NCBI GenBank assembly: GCA_964230025.1
Contig: CAXRFO010000013.1
Coordinates: 38,304-102,303 of the forward strand
From: Flavobacteriales bacterium
GTDB lineage: Bacteria; Bacteroidota; Bacteroidia; Flavobacteriales_D; JAUILH01
Direction: 5' to 3'
DNA: 64,000 nt
The notes below the pieces were generated by a model that was not told the origin of the DNA, ran no database searches, and worked only from the letters and a program-made list of their open reading frames with translations. The position numbers were made by a program, and so were the translations under genes. Positions 18,514-27,085 of the stretch are shown here, in pieces (the stretch's first letter is position 1; the number at the start of each line of letters is the position of its first letter).

Positions 18514-20418
18514 ATGAAGTTTATTCTTACAATAGCATTACTATCTGTTTTGAAGCTCCTTGTTTCACAAACTTCTTTGGACGCATTAATAGAGTCTTTT
18601 GAGGATAAAAAGTATCGAGACCTCAATAATACTTCAGAAATAATTCAAAACATTCATGCATACACAAAGTCCAAAATAAGTGAAGAAAGAGTTAAGGCCT
18701 ACACTTCAATTAGTGACTATTACGCCTTAAAAGGACAATTCACCAAATCCTTACTTTACCTAGACTCGGCAGCGAAAATTCTGGAAACGAATAACATTCG
18801 ATTAAATTCGAATCTCGTTTTAAAAAAGGGAATATTACAGTCAAACTCGGGTGCCAACTATGAGGCACTAGAATTATACAAAGAGGCCTTAGTTTTGGCT
18901 TCTAAGGAAGGTCCTCTCGAAACTGCAAACGTATATCTAGCTATTGGAGAAATTTTGAGAAAGGCGGCCAACTATGACATGGCTACTAAATACTTGGACT
19001 CCGCTCAGTTATGTTTAGAATCCGTTGATAATTCAGAAATTATTCTAGCCCGAATTTACAATAGAAAGGCTGCAGTACTGAATGAAACAGGCAATACAAA
19101 AGAGTCCATCAAATTATCCAATATTGCATTGAATTACGCAATTAAAACCAATAACTTAGATTTAATTGCAACTTCATATAATGAAATTGGTTATGCAGAG
19201 TGGCATTTGGATAAGACAAAAGGATTGGATAAAGTGCTTAAGGCTGCTAAGTTGTGGTCTGAAATTGGTAAAAACAGGTATGAAGTTTCAGCATTACTCA
19301 ATGCTGTGAAATTTTATCTAGAAGATGGAGCAAAAGATTCAGCTGTGCAGTTGTTAAACCGTTGTGATTCTCTTGTAAATGAAAATCCATGGTACGGTAT
19401 CAAAGCGGAGATATTTAAAAACAAAGATCTAATTGCTCGGTCGGAGAATAATTTTAAAGATGCTTATGAGTATCATGCGCGATATCACCACTATAACAAC
19501 TTGTATTTTGAAGCATTGAAAAATGAAAAAATTCAAAGAATTCAGTACGATTTTAGATTGAAGGAGAAAGATGCAGACATTAAGTCGAAAGAGAAACTTT
19601 TGGCAACTGAACGGAAAACATTGGCTCAAAAAGAGAAGATAAATAAAAAGCTTATGAAGAGGGAAAGACTCATTATAGTTCTGCTTATAATTGCTGTAAT
19701 CCTCTTTTTATCCGTTTATTGGTCTAGAAAAAAAGTAATAAAACAATCGGCACAGATTGAAGAAAAGAATGTTCAGTTAAATGAATCCCTGGAAAATCAA
19801 TCTTTTTTATTGCGTGAAATCCATCATAGAGTAAAGAATAACCTTCAAGTAATAACAAGTCTGCTCGAAATGCAGTCTAAGGCACAAGAAAATGAGAAAA
19901 CAAGGCAGGTGTTATTGGAGAGTAGAAGCCGTGTTGTGTCCATGAATTTAATTCATTCCAAACTTTATCAGCAAGAAAATTTATCTAGGGTGCAAATGGA
20001 AGAATATATCATTAGCCTTCACAGAGAAATTGCTATATTATATAAGACAGATTTTAAACCTGACGTTATACTAGAAATTGAACCAGTATATATAAACACA
20101 AAATTAGCAGTTTATGTTGGTATTATGCTAAATGAATTAATTACTAATTCATACAAATATGCTATCAATAGCGAGCGGTCTTTCATTAAAATCGTGGGAA
20201 GTCAAAAAGGTGATAACCTCCATTTAAGCTACGAAGACAGCGGACCTGGATTTGACTACGAATTGTTTGAGAAACCAAAACCAAATTCAATCGGTCTAAG
20301 AATTATTAAGAATATGTTAAGACAACTGAATGCCGAATTTGATTTTAAAACAAATGACGGCATCAAGCTTTCAATGATAATTAAAGAGAAAAATTATGAT
20401 CCTGATACTCGAGGATGA
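18514..20418 (+). CDS. TPR-repeat sensor histidine kinase (HisKA_2/HWE-like phosphoacceptor + HATPase)
   Basis: N-terminal signal/TM, TPR-like helical repeats, coiled coil, TM LIIVLLIIAVILFLSVYW. H-box EIHHRVKNNLQVITSLLEMQ. ATPase region NELITNSYKYA...DSGPGF. Confidence 0.85.
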   Translation: MKFILTIALLSVLKLLVSQTSLDALIESFEDKKYRDLNNTSEIIQNIHAYTKSKISEERVKAYTSISDYYALKGQFTKSLLYLDSAAKILETNNIRLNSNLVLKKGILQSNSGANYEALELYKEALVLASKEGPLETANVYLAIGEILRKAANYDMATKYLDSAQLCLESVDNSEIILARIYNRKAAVLNETGNTKESIKLSNIALNYAIKTNNLDLIATSYNEIGYAEWHLDKTKGLDKVLKAAKLWSEIGKNRYEVSALLNAVKFYLEDGAKDSAVQLLNRCDSLVNENPWYGIKAEIFKNKDLIARSENNFKDAYEYHARYHHYNNLYFEALKNEKIQRIQYDFRLKEKDADIKSKEKLLATERKTLAQKEKINKKLMKRERLIIVLLIIAVILFLSVYWSRKKVIKQSAQIEEKNVQLNESLENQSFLLREIHHRVKNNLQVITSLLEMQSKAQENEKTRQVLLESRSRVVSMNLIHSKLYQQENLSRVQMEEYIISLHREIAILYKTDFKPDVILEIEPVYINTKLAVYVGIMLNELITNSYKYAINSERSFIKIVGSQKGDNLHLSYEDSGPGFDYELFEKPKPNSIGLRIIKNMLRQLNAEFDFKTNDGIKLSMIIKEKNYDPDTRG

Positions 20419-21067
20419 GTTAATAATTGCGGACAATTTGAGGTCTAATTTGATAGACATGGGGTATGAAGTTCATGAGCCTTGCTTGAGCTATGAGGAG
20501 TTAAGGTCCGTATTATCTCAAACCAAACCATCTATGGTGCTCGTTGATATTAATTTAGAGGCTGATAAGTCCGGTTTTGATGTAGCTAAAATTCTCAATA
20601 AAGAAGGCATTCCCTTTATTTTTCTCACATCTTATTCTGACCAGGGAACTATTGAAAAAGCGAGTATTTATAATCCTGACGGATATATTACTAAGCCCTA
20701 TAACCCAGATACCATAAGATCAACGATTGAGATTAGTTTAGCTAAAAGAAAAAGAAAGTCAGAGAATAAAATCATTCGGATAACTCACAAGGGATTAAAT
20801 GTAACGATAGATAGTAATGATATCTTATTCGTCAAAAGCGAGAATGTTTACATTGAAATAGTAACTGGAGAAGAAAAATATTTAGTTCGATCAACTTTAG
20901 CCAAGATTAAAGAAAAATTGAATTCATGCAACTTTCAACAAACACCCCGAGGCTATATTTTAAATATGAAAAATGTTGAAGCCTATAAAAACGACACCAT
21001 AACGATAGGGGAGTTCAAGATACCGGTAAGCCGGAAATACCGATCTAACATTAAAGGAGTTAACTAA
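20396..21067 (+). CDS. LytTR-family DNA-binding response regulator
   Basis: Receiver domain (LILEDE, VLVDINL phospho-Asp, LTSY, ITKP) plus a C-terminal LytTR domain (ILFVKSENVYIEIVT...RGYILNM). Start overlaps the kinase gene by 23 nt. Confidence 0.9.
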   Translation: MILILEDELIIADNLRSNLIDMGYEVHEPCLSYEELRSVLSQTKPSMVLVDINLEADKSGFDVAKILNKEGIPFIFLTSYSDQGTIEKASIYNPDGYITKPYNPDTIRSTIEISLAKRKRKSENKIIRITHKGLNVTIDSNDILFVKSENVYIEIVTGEEKYLVRSTLAKIKEKLNSCNFQQTPRGYILNMKNVEAYKNDTITIGEFKIPVSRKYRSNIKGVN

Positions 21068-21211
21068 AAACTTGTTATTAAAGTCCATTACAGGTAGCTT
21101 TATGGTATTTCTTTGAATGTATTTGAATTAAATATTCAAGAATGATTCTATTGAATATTTAATCCCGTTTTAGATTTTATTAATCTATTTAGGCTTACTT
21201 TTCAACAATCC

Positions 21212-21240
21212 TTGACACTGACTTAAAAATAATCTATATT
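21212..21240 (+). promoter_or_regulatory. promoter-like element TTGACA-17 nt-TATATT(AG)
   Basis: TTG at -33 and TAtaTTaG at -7 with correct spacing. Lies in a 484-bp non-coding gap and is the paralog of 18273-18301. Confidence 0.5.
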
Positions 21241-21246
21241 AGTATT

Positions 21247-21482
21247 AGATATTCCCATCCACAGAGATGTGCGCAATATTAGGCAGCAATGCCCCCACAT
21301 AACACGTTTGAGAAACCTAACGTTTTAACGATTGGAGAATGTCTTAGACGCTTGGAATGAAAGGCCTCAACACGCCTTTGGCGTGTCTAACATTTGTTAG
21401 CAGTGGACTTCAAACCTAGCCGGTCCCTCCAACCATGATATTTAGAGGTTTTTTAAAAACCCGGTTATGTGGGTTTTTTTTT
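21247..21482 (+). ncRNA. candidate structured 5' leader or small RNA (unclassified) ending at an intrinsic terminator
   Basis: Bounded by the promoter-like element and the terminator. Contains GNRA hairpin GGCA-GCAA-TGCC (21282-21293), hairpin ACACGCC-TTT-GGCGTGT (21370-21386), hairpin CTAAC-ATTT-GTTAG (21387-21400), TTGGAG/CTCCAA (21332-37/21427-32), and a 10-nt long-range complement 21294-21303/21464-21473. Confidence 0.4.
21455..21482 (+). terminator. rho-independent terminator 70 nt upstream of the PKD gene ATG
   Basis: Stem AAAAACCC / GGGTTTTT, loop GGTTATGT, and a T-run of 9. Confidence 0.7.
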
Positions 21483-21551
21483 ACCCTTATTAACAGGCTG
21501 TTGAAATCTCTTTGTATCTTATTGCCCTTAACTAGCGTAGTATAATATTAC

Positions 21552-24500
21552 ATGCACAAAACCAAAACTGCTCTACTTGGGTTTTGCCTGTTGCTGATTA
21601 ACTTTGTAAATGCACAGTGTCCAGAACTTTACGATGGCTTAGGGAACCCATCCCCTAACCCATATTGGACCCATTGTTTTGGTACAGATTACACGTTAAA
21701 CATTCAGTCGCCCAATAATATTGGAACATGGACAATCGACTGGGGAGATGGAAGCCCAATTGAAAACGGAGCTAGTTTGATTCCACCAGCATTTATAAGT
21801 CATACCTACACTTCCACGATCGATACATTTAATGTGGTTTTTACTGAAACATCCTCTGGTTGTGTTATAAATGGAGTTGTTGTAATGGAAGAACCCACAA
21901 ATGCATCCATTCAAATACCGTTCGGGGGAGTAACACAGGCGTGCGCCCCTGCAATTTTGGAGTTTACAAATTCAAGTACAGATGTTTCTGAAACGACTGT
22001 TTTTACATGGGATTTTGGAGATGGGTCTCCATTAGAAGTTTATGATTATACCAACGCAGGTCAAACAATTCAACATCAATACTTACCCAATACGGTAAAT
22101 TGTAATACCACCGTAACGCTTACCGCTGAAAATTATTGTAACACCCTGCAAGGAGGCCCCAGCGTTGCAACCTTTAACCCCATACAAATTTGGGATTTTG
22201 ATGATGCAGCCATCCAAGCAAGTGATATCCTTCTGTGTTACCCTGACACTGTAGTAACATTTGAAAATATTACGGATAGAAACTGTTTCGCTCAAGGAAA
22301 TATTTTCCAGCGACAGGAACTGTGGAATTTTGGAGATTACTGGGGAGTAGGTGCGGACTCAATTATTGGTTGGACACCCTGGCCACCAACAACCCCTATA
22401 ACAATTGCTTATCCGGGAATAGGAGCTTATGATGTTACCCTATTGGACTCAAATTTCTGTGGTATCGATGATGTTACCATAACAATCAATATTATTCCTC
22501 CTCCAACTGCCTTTTTCAGTCTAAGTGATGATACTATATGTGCCGGTGATGCCGTTACAACCTTCAACCTTTCCACAGGTGGTGGTAATAGTTTTGATTG
22601 GAATTTTGGTGATGGCAGTGGCTGGCAAACAATCGCTGGGAATGTTAATCATAGCTTTACAAACCCAGGAGATTATATTATAACATTGGTTTCGAACATC
22701 ACAGGAGGAACGGCAAGTTGCACCGATACCTTTACCCTACCCTTACATGTTTTACCTTCACCTACCGCTCAAATTTTAAATTCAGGATTAACAGGTTGTG
22801 ATACGCTAACCGTTCAATATAATGATGCCTCTGTAAATGCGGTAACATGGTTTTGGGATTTTGGAAATGGAAACACCAGCAACACCCAAAACCCAGGGCC
22901 TCAGTTTTATCCAAGTCCAAATTCATACAATGTCTCCTTGGTCGTTTCCTCATCAAATGGATGCACCGATAATGATTTGGCCGTGGTAAATGTTTTTGAA
23001 TCTCCGCAAATTAATTTTATTCCCACAAGTGTCTGTCAAAACTCTACTGCACAATTTACAGATCAAAGTACATCCGCTCCGGGAGATCCCATCATCACAT
23101 GGGATTGGGACTTTGGAGATGGGAACTCCTCCACCCTTCAAAATCCAACAAACATTTATAACTCAATCGGCGCTTTTAATGTAATTCTGGAGGCCGCAAC
23201 AGCCAATTGTATTTCTGCCGATACAATTCCAATCACTGTAGAGCCAATTCCAAACGCATCTTTTAATCATACTCCCGTTTCAGGTTGTACACCGCTCAAT
23301 GTCAGTTTTAATAACTCGAGTGCAGGAGCCGTAACTTATACTTGGGATTTTGGAGATGGTAATACCTCAACACAAACTAACCCGTCACATATTTTTGTTA
23401 ATTCAGGGTTAAACGATACTGTTTTTGCGATAGAAATGATAGCCTCAACTCTTTTTGGCTGCACTGACACGGCTCAATCCACAGTCAATGTTTTTGCAGG
23501 AGCAACAGCCAATTTCACACATAATGGAATTCCGGGTTGCGCTCCTCTACCCGTTGACTTTACCAATCAGTCAACAGGAGCGATTAATTTTCAATGGGAT
23601 TTTGGTGACGGAAATACTTCCACAGCCACTGACCCTAGTCATACCTATGTTAATTCTACACTATTTATTGAGATTTATGACGTGCAATTAATAGCAAATT
23701 CTCCCAACGGTTGCAGCGATACAAGCGTTCAAAGTATTACCGTATATCCATTGCCTGATTTTTCCTTCAACTCAGTTCCGGATTCAGGGTGCAGCCCTTT
23801 ACAGGTATCCTTCCCTTCTGTTATTGGAGCAGTGAGTTATAGTTGGGATTTTGGTGATGGAAATGTAGGTAATGGTCCAACACCTACACATACCTATACG
23901 AATACTACTACCAATAATCAAGACTACATAGTGGAACTCATTGCTGTAAGTGCATTCGGATGTATTGATACAACCTATGGAAGTGTTAGGGTATTCCCAA
24001 ACCCAACAGCTCAATTTCAAGTCAATGCGCAATCCGGATGTCCAGATTTCTTGGTAGATATTCAAAATTTGAGCACCGGCGCCACTTCTTACAACTGGGA
24101 TTATGGGGATGGTTCAAACTCAAATGATCCAAATGCGGTTCATAATCACAGTTATACGAATACAAATAGTGTAAATGAGGTTTATGACCTTCAACTCGTT
24201 GCGATATCTGATGATGGTTGTTCTGACACGACTAGTCTTCCTATAACTGTATTTCCTCCGGTCATTGCTGATTTTATAAGCGATACTGTTGGCTGTTCAC
24301 CTCTGAGCATAAATTTCATAGATAATTCAACCAATGGGTTTACCTATGAGTGGGATTTTGGCGATGGGATAATCGACTTTAGTCAAAACCCTTCACACAC
24401 TTATATAAATAATGGAAATACAATTGTAATTTATAACCTGGAACTAATAGTGACCTCTCCCAATGGATGCAAAGACACCATTTATCAAGATATTCATGTC

Positions 24501-25556
24501 TACCCCGCACCAAGTGCATCATTTGTTGTGAGTCCCACGCTACAAACCTTTCCAGACACTTCAATTAACATTGTCAATACCAGTACCAATGGCCCATTTA
24601 ACTATGATTGGGATTTTTCAAATGGGAATACAAGTGCCCTTTATAATCCCGTGAATCAAAACTATTCAACTTGGGGTACTTATCCCATAAGCTTAATAGT
24701 AAGCAATGCTTATTGCTCGGATACCGCAACGGATACAATAATTATTGAACCTCCTTTGCCCATTGCAAATTTTTCTGGGAGTAGAGAGGGCTGTTCTCCC
24801 CTAACTATAAACTTTGTTGATTCCTCTCAATATAGCACTAGTTGGTTGTGGAACTTTGGAGATGGCAATACGTCCACCCAACAAAATCCTAGCTACACCT
24901 ATTACGGTCCTGGCACCTACTCGGTACAACTAACTGTGAGTGGCCCTGGAGGGATTGACTCCTTAATAAAAATTGATTCGGTAACGGTCCAGCCAAGGGC
25001 TACAGCCTTTTTTACACATGCACCCACACTTGTATATGTACCCACTCAACCTGTACAATTTTATAATCTCTCGAGTGATGCCGACTCCTTTATTTGGGAT
25101 TTTGGGGATGGTTCTATCGATAGTCTTAATGCGAGCCCTGTACATTACTATTCCTTTGCAGGAAATTATGATGTACAATTGATTGCCACAAACATTTGGG
25201 GATGTGCAGATACCTTTAATTTACCAGCCGCTGTATTAGCAGAAAACGGGGGTGATGTAGAATTTCCAAACGCATTTACACCATCAAGCTCTGGTTCCAA
25301 TGGTGGTTATTATGACCCACAAAGTTTAAATAATGACGTTTTCTTTCCGATTATTAGTGGAGCAGATGAATACCACCTCCAAATTTTCAATCGATGGGGG
25401 GAACTTATTTTTGAATCATTCGATCCACTCATTGGATGGGATGGTTATTACAGAGACAAATTGTGTCAACAAGATGTCTATGTTTGGAAAGTTAAAGTTA
25501 AATTCAGTGATGGGCGGGTTGTTTCCCAAGCGGGTGATGTGACCCTATTAAGATGA
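21552..25556 (+). CDS. 14xPKD-domain surface protein with T9SS type-B (gliding motility-associated) C-terminal sorting domain
   Basis: Signal peptide MHKTKTALLGFCLLLINFVNAQ. Fourteen W(D/N)FGDG(N/S) PKD cores. C-terminus FPNAFTP...LQIFNRWGELIFES...GWDGYY...VYVWKVKV...GDVTLLR. Confidence 0.9.
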   Translation: MHKTKTALLGFCLLLINFVNAQCPELYDGLGNPSPNPYWTHCFGTDYTLNIQSPNNIGTWTIDWGDGSPIENGASLIPPAFISHTYTSTIDTFNVVFTETSSGCVINGVVVMEEPTNASIQIPFGGVTQACAPAILEFTNSSTDVSETTVFTWDFGDGSPLEVYDYTNAGQTIQHQYLPNTVNCNTTVTLTAENYCNTLQGGPSVATFNPIQIWDFDDAAIQASDILLCYPDTVVTFENITDRNCFAQGNIFQRQELWNFGDYWGVGADSIIGWTPWPPTTPITIAYPGIGAYDVTLLDSNFCGIDDVTITINIIPPPTAFFSLSDDTICAGDAVTTFNLSTGGGNSFDWNFGDGSGWQTIAGNVNHSFTNPGDYIITLVSNITGGTASCTDTFTLPLHVLPSPTAQILNSGLTGCDTLTVQYNDASVNAVTWFWDFGNGNTSNTQNPGPQFYPSPNSYNVSLVVSSSNGCTDNDLAVVNVFESPQINFIPTSVCQNSTAQFTDQSTSAPGDPIITWDWDFGDGNSSTLQNPTNIYNSIGAFNVILEAATANCISADTIPITVEPIPNASFNHTPVSGCTPLNVSFNNSSAGAVTYTWDFGDGNTSTQTNPSHIFVNSGLNDTVFAIEMIASTLFGCTDTAQSTVNVFAGATANFTHNGIPGCAPLPVDFTNQSTGAINFQWDFGDGNTSTATDPSHTYVNSTLFIEIYDVQLIANSPNGCSDTSVQSITVYPLPDFSFNSVPDSGCSPLQVSFPSVIGAVSYSWDFGDGNVGNGPTPTHTYTNTTTNNQDYIVELIAVSAFGCIDTTYGSVRVFPNPTAQFQVNAQSGCPDFLVDIQNLSTGATSYNWDYGDGSNSNDPNAVHNHSYTNTNSVNEVYDLQLVAISDDGCSDTTSLPITVFPPVIADFISDTVGCSPLSINFIDNSTNGFTYEWDFGDGIIDFSQNPSHTYINNGNTIVIYNLELIVTSPNGCKDTIYQDIHVYPAPSASFVVSPTLQTFPDTSINIVNTSTNGPFNYDWDFSNGNTSALYNPVNQNYSTWGTYPISLIVSNAYCSDTATDTIIIEPPLPIANFSGSREGCSPLTINFVDSSQYSTSWLWNFGDGNTSTQQNPSYTYYGPGTYSVQLTVSGPGGIDSLIKIDSVTVQPRATAFFTHAPTLVYVPTQPVQFYNLSSDADSFIWDFGDGSIDSLNASPVHYYSFAGNYDVQLIATNIWGCADTFNLPAAVLAENGGDVEFPNAFTPSSSGSNGGYYDPQSLNNDVFFPIISGADEYHLQIFNRWGELIFESFDPLIGWDGYYRDKLCQQDVYVWKVKVKFSDGRVVSQAGDVTLLR

Positions 25557-27085
25557 TGCGAATTTTAATCATATCGATTATTATAAGTCTGGGGTCTTCG
25601 TTAATGGCCCAGAAGTCAACTATTTCAAAAAGAAAACAATTGAAATATGCTCAAGCCTATGTGAATATAGAAGACTTCCATTCTGCTAAAAGACTTTTAC
25701 AGCCTTTATACCAAAATGACAGCACTGATAAGAAAGTAAATTACCTTTTAGGTATTGCTAATTTGAATCTTGGCCACCTAACTATATCTGAGAGACAACT
25801 GAAATCTTCTTATAACAAGGGTTACAAAGAGGCGCTCTTTCACCTCTCAAGAAATTACTTCCTATCTGAAAAATTTGATTTGTCAAGAGCTTATCTTGAT
25901 ATCTACCTCAACGGAAGAGTTAATGTTCCATTCGAAAGCTATCAAACGCTTGATGCACAAATTAATCGGTGTATCAAGAATTATTCAGAAGAAATACCTG
26001 GTGAATTGGCTTTACTAAACTCAAAAATTAACTCTATCAACGATGAATACGCACCAATAATCTCAGCAGACGGTTCAATACTTTTCTACACAACAAAAAC
26101 CTACAATCCAGATGAAAAAAATGAATACATAGATAGCCTGGGTGACGAGGATATCTATCAAGCTTTAAATGTAAATGGCATCTGGCAAAAAGCTAGCATA
26201 CTACCCTCCCCAGTAAATTCAAGCACACATGATGCACTGGTAGCAATAAATAAGAACAGCAGTAAAATGTGGCTTTACCGGACGTCCAATGAAATTGAAA
26301 GCGGAAACCTTTTAAGTTCAAGCTTTGAGAATGGCACTTGGACTGACCCAACAAGCTTTAATCAAATTGTAAATAGTAAATATCAAGAAAGCAGTATATG
26401 CTTCACAAATAATGAAAGGGTGGCCTATTTTTCCTCTGATCGACCTGGTGGATATGGAGGTAAAGATCTTTATCGAATCGTTTTATTGCCCAACGGAGAA
26501 TGGAGTCAAGCGCAAAATCTAGGACCAAATATTAATTCTCCACATGATGAAGATAGTCCCTTTTACAATGAGGAAAGTGACAAACTTTACTTTATGTCTA
26601 ACGGGCATGAAACCATGGGAGGGTTTGACATATTTTATTCCGAACTTGATGAGAATGGAATCTGGCACAACCCAAAAAATATGGGATACCCCATAAATAC
26701 ATCTGCCGATGATGTTTTCTTTAGCATCAATGAATCGGGATCAGTTGCATATTTCAGTTCAAATAGAATTGGAGGTGTAGGTGGCTATGACATCTATGAA
26801 TTTCGTTTTAAAGAAGCTAAGGAACATCATATAGTGAGAGCAAAAACTACCCTTAACGATTCAAGTCAGGCTTGCTATATTACCATCATAAATAAAAGCG
26901 AGCATAAGTTGGTTGGAACCTATAACAGCAATGCCGTTACCGGTGAGGTATTATTTATTTTAAAACCCAATATAGATTATCAAATTGTAATTCAACACAA
27001 GGGTTACAGACCTGTTATTGAAAACTATTTTTCTGACCCTAACAACGGGGAAATTGTTTACAAGCATTACGAAATTAAAAAATGA
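25553..27085 (+). CDS. TPR + TolB-like PD40 beta-propeller repeat protein (no OmpA domain seen)
   Basis: Signal peptide. Repeated N(S/T)..(D/H)E..P.IS.DG..L(Y/F)F.S.R.GG.GG.D(L/I)Y blocks. ATGA start/stop overlap with the PKD gene. Confidence 0.7.
   Translation: MMRILIISIIISLGSSLMAQKSTISKRKQLKYAQAYVNIEDFHSAKRLLQPLYQNDSTDKKVNYLLGIANLNLGHLTISERQLKSSYNKGYKEALFHLSRNYFLSEKFDLSRAYLDIYLNGRVNVPFESYQTLDAQINRCIKNYSEEIPGELALLNSKINSINDEYAPIISADGSILFYTTKTYNPDEKNEYIDSLGDEDIYQALNVNGIWQKASILPSPVNSSTHDALVAINKNSSKMWLYRTSNEIESGNLLSSSFENGTWTDPTSFNQIVNSKYQESSICFTNNERVAYFSSDRPGGYGGKDLYRIVLLPNGEWSQAQNLGPNINSPHDEDSPFYNEESDKLYFMSNGHETMGGFDIFYSELDENGIWHNPKNMGYPINTSADDVFFSINESGSVAYFSSNRIGGVGGYDIYEFRFKEAKEHHIVRAKTTLNDSSQACYITIINKSEHKLVGTYNSNAVTGEVLFILKPNIDYQIVIQHKGYRPVIENYFSDPNNGEIVYKHYEIKK

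Noticed and set aside
21212-21240. TTGACA-17-TATATT read as a foreign (proteobacterial sigma-70) promoter implying horizontal transfer
   Set aside because: The same bases also satisfy the Bacteroidota pattern (TTG at -33, TAnnTT.G at -7, about 20-nt spacing), so no foreign origin needs to be invoked.
21400-21434. tRNA/tmRNA-like 3' end (GGACTTCAAACC...GGTCCCTCCAACCA) inside the 21.1-21.5 kb gap
   Set aside because: No proper 5-bp T-stem around a TTCRANY loop, no GGGG acceptor 5' end, no tag-peptide reading frame, and the sequence ends CAACCA rather than ACCA after an acceptor helix. It is better treated as part of the unclassified structured RNA.
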